Shown here: positions 27,645-37,376 of the stretch, piece after piece
Layout: each line of letters opens with the position of its first letter
How positions within the stretch are numbered: position 1 is the stretch's first letter
Assembly (NCBI GenBank): GCA_017398945.1
Contig: JAFQES010000018.1
Location: forward strand, 74,494 to 138,493
Source of the DNA: Bacilli bacterium
Lineage (GTDB): Bacteria; Bacillota_I; Bacilli_A; RF39; UBA660
Length of the DNA stretch: 64,000 nucleotides
Direction of reading: 5' to 3'
Notes under the pieces: model-generated
The model's input: the letters and a program-made list of their open reading frames with translations, nothing else
Databases searched by the model: none
What the model was told of the DNA's origin: nothing
Translations under genes and position numbers: made by a program

Positions 27645-27680
27645 AAAACTATTATACATAAATGTCTTTTTAAAATCAAA

Positions 27681-30071
27681 TTAAATTTCCGAAATATACT
27701 CTAATAGTTTTAAAAACATTCGAATAAATCTTTTTTCTAAACCTATATTAGCTAGTTTTCTAATAGCAATACGTTTTTTTCGAACTTCTTCTTTACTAAA
27801 GAAAATAACTGCTATCTTTTCTTTTAACTTTGTATCTATCTTCAAATCACTAATAATAAAATTTACATCTTCATTTATTATTCTTGCTGCTTCTATTTCT
27901 ATGTTTTTTCCTCGACAATTTATAGTCATCGGTTCTGTTGTATCTACATTTTTCACTTCTACAATAAAATCGTTATCTTCTTCATAACTCACAAAATCCA
28001 GTTTATTTTTTAAATTTTTAGAATAAACATCTACATTTTCAGCTTCTTTGGTATTTCTAAAGCGGATTTTATAATCACGATGATGAGGAATTATGCCATT
28101 TTTTCCTTCAATAGGTCGAATAATAACATTAAAGTTATTTGGCAAATAATTATAATCTATTTCGGTAATCGTATAAAATCCTTCTTTATATAAATTACTT
28201 ATTCCATCATCTTCATATAGTTTATATTTATTATTTTGTCCAGGAAATATATGAATCTCCATTGCACGTGGATTATTTGTAGCATTTAAATTTTCTTCCA
28301 AAATTGCTAATGGAATAATAGCTCCTGCTTTGGCAAATACTGGATAATCCTCATCTTTAAAAAATGTTATATAACGCTTATTTCCCAAAAATTTCTTACC
28401 TGATTTAAAATCATACCAAATACCTTTAGGAAGATAAAGTCTTTCTACAGATCTATTCATTGTTAGATCTTTAGGTTTAGTAATAGGAGCAATTAATAAG
28501 CTTTTTCCTAAGTAATATTCATCTTTATAAAGTGGTTCATCTATTATTTCAGGATAGTTGTAGTAAAGTGGTTGAACTAACGGTTGATATTCTTTATGAT
28601 ATCTATACGTTTCTGTATATAAATATGGTATTAAGCGATGACGTAAAGTACAATATTCCCTTACAATGTTATATGTATTATTATCCCAAAGCCATGGTTC
28701 TCTTTTATAATATAATCCTCTTCTAGCACTAAAGCGAAAAATTGGACTAAACGTTGCTAATTGAACATGTCGTGTATATAACTCACTATCTTCTATTCCA
28801 TTTTTAAAACCACCTACATCATGGCTCCACCATGATACTCCAATATTAGATGAATTGGAATTTAAATATGGTAAAAAATTTAAAGTATCCCAATTAACAA
28901 TTGTTTCTCCCGAATAACTAACGGGATAACGATGAGCTGCTACTAAAGCATTTCGAGTCAACATAATTCCTCTTTTTTCTTTATCTTGTTCCATTTCTTG
29001 GTGATGATAATAATTTAAAGCTCTTAAGCTTAAAATATCTTTTTTGTAATCTATCCAAAAGAAATCTACTCCAATTTGCTTTAATGGTTTAATTAGAAAT
29101 TTGAAATATGAATCCATAAATTTTGGATCAAACGCATTGAAAGGAACAACCTTATTATCACTAATTCCTAGTGACGAAGCAAAGCTATTGTAATTTGCTT
29201 CATGTGGATAAACTCCTTCTTCCGGATCTATATTAATCCCTACTCTAATACCTCTTTGATGCATATAATTTATAAATTCAGTTGGGTTAGGAAATAATCC
29301 AGTATCAAATGTATATCCAGTTTTAAATTTGGAATAATCCTCGGTGTTTTTTAAATGCCAAAATTCGCTTAAAAGTAATGTTGACATTGGGATCTTATAT
29401 CTATTAAACGCTTTAATTAAAGTTTTTATATTTTCAAAGGAATAAATTTTATCTCTATTCCACCATATTCCTAAAGCATATCTTGGAATCATTGGACTTT
29501 TCCCTGTTAAATTAAAATAATCTTTTAAGCACATTCCAAAATCTTTATTATATATAAATAAATAAGTATCTACTCTTCTATTTTTTGGCTTAAATAATGT
29601 TTTATCTTGCATAATTAAAAACGACTCAGAATCATCAACTGAAGCAAAACCATCTGTTGAAAAAAGTCCATTAATTAATTTTGTTTTATTTGGTTCATCA
29701 GCGTTAATTTCAGATGCACTAGCTTTAAAGTTTCTTGCTTCAGGATGATTAAAAAACCAAATCTTATCTGTATTTTTTAACACAACTTTTAAATTAGAGT
29801 CCGGAGCATATTTTGGACCTATATAGGGTTTGTCTTTTTGATATAGAAGAGCAAAATACTTTCCCTCTATTTCCAAGTACTTTTCATCTTCTTCATATTT
29901 TAAATTTACACTTGGAAATTCCCTATTAATAGCAAATTCTGTTGGTAAATCTAAAAATTCTCCGCCAATATTATATTCAAAACGAATTAATCTATCGGTT
30001 AAAATAGTAATACGATATGTTTTCCCTTGAAAAACATTTTGAGTTGTACTTTTGCTTTTTTTCTCGGACAT
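27681..30071 (-). CDS. Glycoside hydrolase family 31 (alpha-glucosidase/alpha-xylosidase type)
   Basis: GVDFFWIDY (nucleophile region) and WWSHDVGGF (acid/base region) are GH31 signatures. The start is set at MSEKKSK (SD gaaggtgga). Confidence 0.85.
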   Translation of the reverse strand: MSEKKSKSTTQNVFQGKTYRITILTDRLIRFEYNIGGEFLDLPTEFAINREFPSVNLKYEEDEKYLEIEGKYFALLYQKDKPYIGPKYAPDSNLKVVLKNTDKIWFFNHPEARNFKASASEINADEPNKTKLINGLFSTDGFASVDDSESFLIMQDKTLFKPKNRRVDTYLFIYNKDFGMCLKDYFNLTGKSPMIPRYALGIWWNRDKIYSFENIKTLIKAFNRYKIPMSTLLLSEFWHLKNTEDYSKFKTGYTFDTGLFPNPTEFINYMHQRGIRVGINIDPEEGVYPHEANYNSFASSLGISDNKVVPFNAFDPKFMDSYFKFLIKPLKQIGVDFFWIDYKKDILSLRALNYYHHQEMEQDKEKRGIMLTRNALVAAHRYPVSYSGETIVNWDTLNFLPYLNSNSSNIGVSWWSHDVGGFKNGIEDSELYTRHVQLATFSPIFRFSARRGLYYKREPWLWDNNTYNIVREYCTLRHRLIPYLYTETYRYHKEYQPLVQPLYYNYPEIIDEPLYKDEYYLGKSLLIAPITKPKDLTMNRSVERLYLPKGIWYDFKSGKKFLGNKRYITFFKDEDYPVFAKAGAIIPLAILEENLNATNNPRAMEIHIFPGQNNKYKLYEDDGISNLYKEGFYTITEIDYNYLPNNFNVIIRPIEGKNGIIPHHRDYKIRFRNTKEAENVDVYSKNLKNKLDFVSYEEDNDFIVEVKNVDTTEPMTINCRGKNIEIEAARIINEDVNFIISDLKIDTKLKEKIAVIFFSKEEVRKKRIAIRKLANIGLEKRFIRMFLKLLEYISEI

Positions 30072-30177
30072 GATTCCACCTTCTCTAGTATTCATAATAA
30101 TGTTATCACAAAAGTCTTTTTATTACAATTGCTAGATTTTTAAAAATTATACGCTATAATAGTTAGCAGGTGATATT

Positions 30178-31098
30178 ATGTTTAAATATTCTTTTGATAA
30201 TAAAAGATATCATACATTAAATTATTTTTTTAAAAACAGATTTAATTCAAAAGTTTTTAAGGTTAGTTTAAATGCAGGATTTTCATGCCCAAATAAAAAG
30301 AATGGTAACGGATGTATATTTTGTAGCAAAGGTTCCGGAGACTTTGGCGGAGATAAAGAAAAAGATTTAGTAACTCAGTTTAATGAAGTAAAAGACAAAA
30401 TTAGTAAAAAGTGGCCGAATAGTAAGTATATTGCCTATTTCCAAGCCAATTCTAATACTTATGCGCCATTAGAAGAATTAAAAGAAAAATATGAAACAGT
30501 AATTAATCTTCCTAATGTAGTTGGCCTTGCGATAGCTACGAGAAGTGATTGTTTGGAAGATGATGTTTTAGATTATTTAGCAGAACTTAATAAAAAAACT
30601 TTTTTAATGGTTGAATTAGGATTACAATCTATGCATGATAAGACTTTAAAACTGATCAATCGTGGTCATGACTTAAAAAACTTTGAAGAAGCTGTTAATA
30701 AGTTACAAGAAAGAAATATTTTTGTTACTATTCATATTATTAATGGCCTACCAGGTGAAAATAAACAAGATATGATTGAAACCGTAAAATATTTAAATAG
30801 TCTAAATATAAATTCCTTAAAAATTCATATGCTTAGTGTTTTAAAAGATACTCCATTAGAAAGATATTATGAACAAAATAAATTCCCTATATTATCCAAG
30901 GAAGAATATATTGATATTGTTTGTGAACAGTTACAATATTTAAATAAAGATATTGTTATTGGAAGGATTACGGGAGATCCTGATCCATTAAAGTTAGTTA
31001 CTCCAAGTTGGCTCGTTAAAAAATTTTGTGTTTTGAATGATATTGATAAAGAAATGAAAGAATTAGATATTTATCAAGGTGATAAAATTAATAAATAG
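30178..31098 (+). CDS. TIGR01212-type radical SAM protein (YtqA-like)
   Basis: Cluster motif CPNKKNGNGCIFC, plus VELGLQS and the overall ~306-aa layout typical of this family. Confidence 0.8.
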   Translation: MFKYSFDNKRYHTLNYFFKNRFNSKVFKVSLNAGFSCPNKKNGNGCIFCSKGSGDFGGDKEKDLVTQFNEVKDKISKKWPNSKYIAYFQANSNTYAPLEELKEKYETVINLPNVVGLAIATRSDCLEDDVLDYLAELNKKTFLMVELGLQSMHDKTLKLINRGHDLKNFEEAVNKLQERNIFVTIHIINGLPGENKQDMIETVKYLNSLNINSLKIHMLSVLKDTPLERYYEQNKFPILSKEEYIDIVCEQLQYLNKDIVIGRITGDPDPLKLVTPSWLVKKFCVLNDIDKEMKELDIYQGDKINK

Positions 31099-31288
31099 AG
31101 TTTATTTAACTACAAAATAAACCTGTACTTATTTAAAATATTTTATTTTTGATTCATATTAATGGCAAAAATAGAAATGTTGTAATTTGATCCTAAATAA
31201 CCTAGTATATAATGCAAATGGATACATTTGAAATATTAGATGTTTTCCCTTTCAATAATCATTAGATTAAAGAAAGGTGGTGATAATT

Positions 31289-31366
31289 ATGACTAAAAGA
31301 TAATTCTCTCAATTTATTATAATTATACTATTATTCTTTATAATAATTACTTTATTATATAGATAA
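31289..31366 (+). pseudogene. Second copy of the 25-codon hydrophobic ORF, interrupted by TAA at codon 5
   Basis: ATG ACT AAA AGA TAA TTC TCT CAA TTT ATT ATA ATT ... = MTKR*FSQFIIIILLFFIIITLLYR*. Compare MTKREFSQFIIIILLF... at 16602..16679, where GAA stands in place of TAA. SD aaaggtgg is upstream. Confidence 0.45.
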
Positions 31367-31479
31367 TAAAAACATCTGATTTCAACATTAGTTGATTTCA
31401 GATGAATATCCAACAAGGGATTACATCTGATTCTCACAATCAAATGTATCCTTTTTTATTATATTCAAGTTGCCTTGAC
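31367..31479 (-). ncRNA. Candidate antitoxin small RNA (type I TA-like module, copy 2)
   Basis: Promoter TTGTCA-17-TATATT (with TGa extension) at 31486-31514. The conserved 5' segment is atgtcaaggcaacttgaatataataaaaaaggatacat. A hairpin lies at 31373-31404, followed by a T-run on the minus strand. Confidence 0.4.
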
Positions 31480-31603
31480 ATATTTAATATATCATATAAA
31501 TAATAATTTGACAATTAGTAAATCATAATGTTTTATAAGATTTTTTAATCAAACGCTATTAAATCAATTGCTTTTCTTAGTAAATGAGATAATATTCAAC
31601 CAA

Positions 31604-32458
31604 TTATATTTGAATGCTATTTAATAAATCATAAATGAAATCTAATTCTTTATTTATTACCGATTCCATATAATTTATAGTATGCTTTTTTGATAGATTA
31701 GGAAAAAATATTTTTTTCTTATTATTTATACAAGTTATCAATTTATTGTCTTTAATATGATATAACACTTTAGAATTTATCAATTTAGTTATATTGTCTA
31801 TTTTAGCTATTAATTCATTATTTAAATAATCTTCTGATTCTTTTGTCCTATCAAAATAAATTTTATACTGGTTTTCTTTACTCTTAATATTTGTTATTGT
31901 TTTTTCATTAATTTTATTTTTTAAAACAAAACTATCATTTGTAATTGTATATTCGTAAGGAATGTTATTTAATAAATCAATTTTAATATATCTTCCATTA
32001 AATAAAATTGCAGTTTTATAACTTATGTCTTTACGACTTAAATCATAATATTTATATTTAAAAGATATTTTTACAAATGATTGTTTAAAATTTCTTTTAT
32101 TATGTTTTAAACTCATTTTATAATCTGATTCATAATCTGGATAATGACAATTCTCAGATAAATATAAAACACTATCATCATTAATTTCATTATAAGAAAA
32201 ACCATTCATGGCAATTTCTATATTTTTTTGCTCTAATAAATTTGTTAAAGTTTGCGAATATAATTTGTGAAATTCTTTAGCATTTTTTCCTGTAAGTACT
32301 GAATACAATACAAAAGCAAAAATTGCAATTAAAGGAATTATTGAGAAGACCTGATGATTAATGATTGCGATAAAGATAATTGGTAACATTATTATTACAT
32401 CTATAACAATATATAATAATATCCTTTTCCTATAATGTTCAAGTTTATCTAAATTCAT
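31604..32458 (-). CDS. Membrane-anchored protein, function unknown
   Basis: 284 aa with two N-terminal TM segments and then a soluble domain. No motif recognised. Confidence 0.45.
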   Translation of the reverse strand: MNLDKLEHYRKRILLYIVIDVIIMLPIIFIAIINHQVFSIIPLIAIFAFVLYSVLTGKNAKEFHKLYSQTLTNLLEQKNIEIAMNGFSYNEINDDSVLYLSENCHYPDYESDYKMSLKHNKRNFKQSFVKISFKYKYYDLSRKDISYKTAILFNGRYIKIDLLNNIPYEYTITNDSFVLKNKINEKTITNIKSKENQYKIYFDRTKESEDYLNNELIAKIDNITKLINSKVLYHIKDNKLITCINNKKKIFFPNLSKKHTINYMESVINKELDFIYDLLNSIQI

Positions 32459-32541
32459 AATAACACCTAATTACATTTTAACAAACAGCTATTAATATTT
32501 CCATAAAAAAAGAAATCGTTTATCTAAACAATTTCCAATTA

Positions 32542-33090
32542 CTATCTATTAACTGTTAACAAGTTAATTACAAAAAGCAAGAATAAACATACATTATAGT
32601 TTACGATATATTTACCAAATTCCCCAAATGCCACTAACATATCAGCTGCACATACTATCCAAGCTTCCCTACTTTTAGGCATTGATTCCTTAATAGATGC
32701 ATTTTCCTTTAAATTAATTAGTGGACATATTTTTCTAGCAACGACATGATGAAACATATGTGTTCTAATAATACTTTCTTCTTCTTCATCAATATTGTAA
32801 TAATATTTAGCATTTAATACACTTGTTTTAGGATGTTCTAAATATGAATTTTCCGGTTTTTCCGTACGTTCTCCATAGAAGAAATCATGTAATAATGCTG
32901 GCCTTACAATATGTTTGTAATCAAAGTTAAAGAATTTAGCTAATTTATAACTTAAATAAGAAACTCTTCGACAATGATCGTATTTATTTGTATTACCGTG
33001 ATGACGGTCTTTTTTTAATAATTTAAAATTTTCATCATTTAACATGTCTTTGGCTAACTGAAGAAACTCTTCATCTTGACTATTTGTCAT
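32542..33090 (-). CDS. HD-domain phosphohydrolase
   Basis: HHGNT...DHCRRVSYLSY and ALLHDFF motifs. Confidence 0.7.
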   Translation of the reverse strand: MTNSQDEEFLQLAKDMLNDENFKLLKKDRHHGNTNKYDHCRRVSYLSYKLAKFFNFDYKHIVRPALLHDFFYGERTEKPENSYLEHPKTSVLNAKYYYNIDEEEESIIRTHMFHHVVARKICPLINLKENASIKESMPKSREAWIVCAADMLVAFGEFGKYIVNYNVCLFLLFVINLLTVNR

Positions 33091-33167
33091 ATTTCCTTTT
33101 CACCTCGAACCATTAAATTATATCATATATTGCACAAAAATGCAAATTTTCATCCTGAATTGACACT

Positions 33168-34379
33168 CTAAGAGAAATTAAACATTAGCCAATTAGGCTT
33201 AAATATCATTAAAATTCCGATTAATAGCATGATTATCGCACCGATTAAATGTGAGTATTTTGTATATTTTGTGGTTAATCCACTTACTTTAAAACTAATC
33301 ATGGCTATAGTAAATATTATTAAATCATCTAACAAAAAGAACAAAATATAGACAATTAAGTATAATAAAGCTTTTATTCCTGTAATATTATTGATTGCTA
33401 AGATATTACTAAACACTACTGGAAGTCCTGCTGAACAAGCTAGTTCAACAATATTTACTGATATAGCTAAACCAACTACCCCGATAATTGATAAAAAAAT
33501 ACTCTTTTCACTCGTAAATTTCTTTATTTTAGCAAATGTCTTTTTTCTTTTACTTTCATCAACAATCCTACATCCAGCATCTTTTTTACATTCATTATAG
33601 TAATTTCTAAAGTTAAATAAACTTGCTAAAACAGCTAAAACACCAATAATTAATTGAACTATTTTTATGTTAGTAAAGTTTACAATAACAGTTAACCACG
33701 ACATCATGAATGCTAAATAAATCAAAGCGGAAGTTACTAAGAAAGTAATTCCAAGTATCCACATTTTTTTACGATCCTTCATATTGATTAACATGCTGAT
33801 TAAAAATATCAACACCCACATTGCGCAAGGATTAAAGCCATCAACTAAACCAATAACTGCACTTGCAAGCAAAATACTTACCTTTTTAGGATTAATCTCA
33901 CCTAATAATGGTATTTTTATATTAGATTCATCAATTGTTATCTTTTCTTTTTCATAATATTCATCGATATTATCTTTAGTAATCTTTTTATTTAAGATTT
34001 TATCAACAAAATCAATATAAGTCCCCTCTTGGTATGCTTCAACTATTTTTTTTATCTCAGATGAGGTATCATCACTATATCCTACTATAGTTTTACTTCC
34101 AATTACGGTAAATGGAACATAAGGACTTGATTCATCAAAAACATCTTTAACTAAATCTAGTTTTTCAGCATTAACTTTATTGTAATTCACTTCAAAATAA
34201 TGAATTTTAATATTTTCTTCATTTTTATACTCATTTAAAAACTCTTTTTCACTTTGACAATGTGGACAATCTTTAGAATAAAATAAATAAATGTCAATTA
34301 ATTTTTGTTCATCAGCAAATCCTAATAAAGGAAATAATATGAATAAAAATAAACTAAATATATATACAACTTTTTTCAT
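33168..34379 (-). CDS. Secreted thioredoxin-like domain fused to a CcdA/DsbD-type thiol-disulfide membrane transporter
   Basis: Signal peptide, CPHC in the N-terminal domain, and a six-TM C-domain with GFNPCAMWVL and ELACSAGLP. Confidence 0.65.
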   Translation of the reverse strand: MKKVVYIFSLFLFILFPLLGFADEQKLIDIYLFYSKDCPHCQSEKEFLNEYKNEENIKIHYFEVNYNKVNAEKLDLVKDVFDESSPYVPFTVIGSKTIVGYSDDTSSEIKKIVEAYQEGTYIDFVDKILNKKITKDNIDEYYEKEKITIDESNIKIPLLGEINPKKVSILLASAVIGLVDGFNPCAMWVLIFLISMLINMKDRKKMWILGITFLVTSALIYLAFMMSWLTVIVNFTNIKIVQLIIGVLAVLASLFNFRNYYNECKKDAGCRIVDESKRKKTFAKIKKFTSEKSIFLSIIGVVGLAISVNIVELACSAGLPVVFSNILAINNITGIKALLYLIVYILFFLLDDLIIFTIAMISFKVSGLTTKYTKYSHLIGAIIMLLIGILMIFKPNWLMFNFS

Positions 34380-34387
34380 AAAACCTC

Positions 34388-34642
34388 CTAATTTTCAATT
34401 ATATTTTTAATTTCTTCTAAAGTTTTTTCGCCATCAAGACGAGCAATTAAATCATCATTTCGATAAAACAAGATAACGGGTAAAATATCTTTTACATCGT
34501 ACTCTTTAACAATATCTTCATCCATATCATAATCGTATTCAATTATTTCAATATCAGGATAATCTTTTTTTAAAATATCCCAATATTTATGCATTTTTAA
34601 ACATGCTGAGCACCACATTGCCCCTATTTTAATTATTTTCAT
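34388..34642 (-). CDS. Thioredoxin-family protein
   Basis: 84 aa with GAMWCSACLKM (CxxC) and a thioredoxin-like layout. Confidence 0.75.
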   Translation of the reverse strand: MKIIKIGAMWCSACLKMHKYWDILKKDYPDIEIIEYDYDMDEDIVKEYDVKDILPVILFYRNDDLIARLDGEKTLEEIKNIIEN

Positions 34643-35762
34643 GAGCGACCTCTAATAATTTAGTTACTTCATTCTTGAATATCTTAATAAACTCATCAAG
34701 TTCTTCTTTAGTAGTATTATAAGACAAACTAATTCTGATACTGCTTTTAGCTCGTTCTTCATCATTTGTTAATGATAAAACAGATTTAGATAAAGAATTT
34801 GTGCTAGAGCATGCAGTTTGTGTTGAAATATATATTTCATGTTTTTCTAAAGCATGAAGTAAGCTTTCTGGTTTTACTCCAATAACACTTAAATTAAGGA
34901 TATGAGCTATACATTTTTCGTTACTATTTATTTTAACATTTTTATTAAATACTAATTCTTTTTGGAGATATTCATTAAATTTTCTAATTTGTTCATAACT
35001 TCCTAATTTCTCATAAGCTAAGCGTAGTGCTTTAGCCATTGAAGCAATTAGAGCAACTGTTGGAGTTCCACTACGATATTTTGTAGTACTTTTCCCGCCA
35101 TGAATTAAAGGAATTATATCGATTCCTTCTTTTTTTATTAACCCTCCAATACCTTTGATGCCATAGAATTTATGAGCAGAAAAGCTAGCTAAATCAACAT
35201 TACTTAGATCAATTTCTTTTTTTCCAACAATTTGGGTAATATCTGAATGGAAAAAGGCATTAGAATTTTCCTTTATAGTTTTACCTATCTCATTAATTGG
35301 TTGAATGATACCTATTTCACTATTTACTGCTCCGATACTTACTAATATAGTATCTTTTTTTAATAATGATTTTAAATGTTCTAAGTTAACTAGACCATTA
35401 CTATCACTATCTACAAATTCAACTTCATATCCTAGAGTTTGAAGATAACCAATTGGGCCATATATAGAAGAATGTTCAAATTTCGTTGTAATTATATGTT
35501 TACGATTAGGATATTTTAAACATATCCCTTTTATCACTGTATTATTTGATTCACTTGATCCACTTGTATAAATAATTTCTGATTCTTTAACTTTTAAAAT
35601 ATCTGCTATTTGCTTATTGGCTGCATCAATTAAGTCTTTGCTTTTACTACCTAAATCATGTAATGAATTGGGATTACCAATAAATTCATTTGTAACTTTA
35701 CAAAATGTATCTAATACATCTTTATGTACTGGAGTTGTTGCTGAATAATCCAAATATATCAT
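34629..35762 (-). CDS. Cysteine desulfurase (NifS/IscS-like, class V aminotransferase)
   Basis: MIYLDYSATTP..., PLP-lysine region SFSAHKFYGIKGIG, and RSGTP. Promoter TTAACA-17-TATAAT lies upstream. The track start at 35837 is an extension. Confidence 0.9.
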   Translation of the reverse strand: MIYLDYSATTPVHKDVLDTFCKVTNEFIGNPNSLHDLGSKSKDLIDAANKQIADILKVKESEIIYTSGSSESNNTVIKGICLKYPNRKHIITTKFEHSSIYGPIGYLQTLGYEVEFVDSDSNGLVNLEHLKSLLKKDTILVSIGAVNSEIGIIQPINEIGKTIKENSNAFFHSDITQIVGKKEIDLSNVDLASFSAHKFYGIKGIGGLIKKEGIDIIPLIHGGKSTTKYRSGTPTVALIASMAKALRLAYEKLGSYEQIRKFNEYLQKELVFNKNVKINSNEKCIAHILNLSVIGVKPESLLHALEKHEIYISTQTACSSTNSLSKSVLSLTNDEERAKSSIRISLSYNTTKEELDEFIKIFKNEVTKLLEVAHENN

Positions 35763-35833
35763 AATATCGCCTTCTTTTATAAATTGTAATATTATTATAC
35801 TATAAAATAAGTGTATTGTTAATAAATTTGCCC

Positions 35834-35858
35834 ACAAAAAAACCCAATTAGGGTTTTA
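35834..35858 (-). terminator. Rho-independent terminator closing the Tad-like/pilin-like gene block
   Basis: The minus strand reads aaaaccc-taatt-gggtttt followed by further Ts, 34 nt after the stop of 35892..36308. Confidence 0.65.
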
Positions 35859-35891
35859 GGTTGTAAAATATTTTATATAGAATTACTAAAG

Positions 35892-36308
35892 TTAATTTCC
35901 GTTATTATTTTCATCAGTTTTTTCGTTATATGTTGCATCTTTAGCAGATTCTACAGCGGTTTTACAAGCTCCATCTTTTTTATTAGGATTAGTAATACAA
36001 GCTTGACATATTTTATAGTCTTTTTCAACATCATCAAATCCTATTACAATTCCAAAAATAAAACTTACTAAGAATGGTAAGAAGAAAATTACTACTCCAG
36101 CAATCGCTCTTTTAACTAATGAACTTGTAGCATTTTTAATAGCCTTATCATCATTAGCAACTACTGCCTTTCCTAAATCCATCATACCAAAAATAATTAA
36201 TAATAGTGGAATTGCTATTTTAAATACATATAAAACATATCCTACAAATTGCCATATAGGTGATGTTCTTGTACAAAATTGAGTTACCTCTGCAAGAATA
36301 TTTAACAT
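35892..36308 (-). CDS. VirB2-like (pilin-like) two-TM protein, paralogue of 5760..6134
   Basis: IAIPLLLIIFGMMDLGKAVVANDDKAIKNATSSLVKRAIAGVVIFFLPFLV aligns residue-for-residue with the T4SS-operon protein. The Cys-containing tail is ICQAC...GAC. Confidence 0.5.
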   Translation of the reverse strand: MLNILAEVTQFCTRTSPIWQFVGYVLYVFKIAIPLLLIIFGMMDLGKAVVANDDKAIKNATSSLVKRAIAGVVIFFLPFLVSFIFGIVIGFDDVEKDYKICQACITNPNKKDGACKTAVESAKDATYNEKTDENNNGN

Positions 36309-36333
36309 CAAAATCTCTCCTTCTCTGCATATA

Positions 36334-36362
36334 ATTTTATCTAAATTATCTTATTTTGTCAA
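36334..36362 (-). promoter_or_regulatory. SigA-type promoter for the pilin-like gene (TTGACA-17-TAAAAT)
   Basis: The minus strand reads TTGACAaaataagataatttagaTAAAAT, then GAAGGAGAG and ATG. It lies immediately after the TadZ-like stop. Confidence 0.5.
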
Positions 36363-36368
36363 TATATA

Positions 36369-37364
36369 TCACTTAAACAAGCCAAATAGTTTGCTTTTTC
36401 CACCATTAGGATTTTTAAGCTTTGCAAATCCTAGTGCTATTCCAAATTCATCCATAACTTTATGATGATCTTTTTTATCATCGATATATGGTATGTTAAA
36501 GAAAACTTTACTATTACTTTCGTATTCAAAATCACTAACATCTTTATTACTTAAAATACTTCTATTTAAAACTACTTTTTTATCTTTTAATTTATCAAAC
36601 ACTTTAGGATCTTCTCTAATAAGCTTATTTAATTTTATGATTCCTGGTTCAATTAAATACACAACATCTGTACATCCAGTTTCACTACCATCATCCCCTA
36701 AGTCAACCAAAATAGCTTCTAAATCTTGATGCATTGCTACAAAAGCAGCAAATTCTAGCGTACTAATACTTTTTAATGATTCATCAGAAAAAAATGCAAA
36801 GTCATTTTTATCAAGTTCTACTGCTACAACTTTGTACGCCTGTTCTAAATGTTTTTTTAGCATATATACTAAAGTTGTTGATCCAGCATGGGATGTAACA
36901 TTTTTAAAACCAATCACTCTCGTCTTCATCGACCCAAAAACTCCGCCAATACCATTCATATCAGGAACTTGTGATGCTACACCTTCCATATTATGATAAC
37001 TTGCAACATCTTTATATGTATTTGGATTATCAATTAAAAATTTAATGGCATCTAAGTTACGGGTAAAGTTATAAATTCCCATTGAGACTAATTGAGAAAG
37101 ATACATAGGCGCATTAGCTTCTTCTGAATCATCTAAAAGAATAATAACTTTATTCATATCAAAACTAACTGAAAGTTCTTGAATAACAGCTATTTGTTTA
37201 TAATCTTTTATAGCTGTAATATCTAAAATCATTTTATTATAAAAAAAATTATTAAATTGATTAGCTAACTCACCTGGAGTAAATTCGCCATTAATGCTTT
37301 TTATTACATCTACATCTAAAGTTGTTAGCATTGCTTGGTATTTATTTGAAACTATTACATTCAT
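36369..37364 (-). CDS. tadZ: TadZ/CpaE-like protein (receiver-like N-domain plus degenerate ParA/MinD-type domain)
   Basis: The C-domain RVIGFKNVTSHAGSTTLVYMLKKHLEQAYKVVAVELD has ParA/MinD spacing, but the P-loop is SHAGSTT instead of KGGxGKT. The N-terminal ~120 aa are CheY-like in pattern. Context is the Tad-like operon. Confidence 0.55.
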   Translation of the reverse strand: MNVIVSNKYQAMLTTLDVDVIKSINGEFTPGELANQFNNFFYNKMILDITAIKDYKQIAVIQELSVSFDMNKVIILLDDSEEANAPMYLSQLVSMGIYNFTRNLDAIKFLIDNPNTYKDVASYHNMEGVASQVPDMNGIGGVFGSMKTRVIGFKNVTSHAGSTTLVYMLKKHLEQAYKVVAVELDKNDFAFFSDESLKSISTLEFAAFVAMHQDLEAILVDLGDDGSETGCTDVVYLIEPGIIKLNKLIREDPKVFDKLKDKKVVLNRSILSNKDVSDFEYESNSKVFFNIPYIDDKKDHHKVMDEFGIALGFAKLKNPNGGKSKLFGLFK

Positions 37365-37376
37365 TTTTATTCCTCT

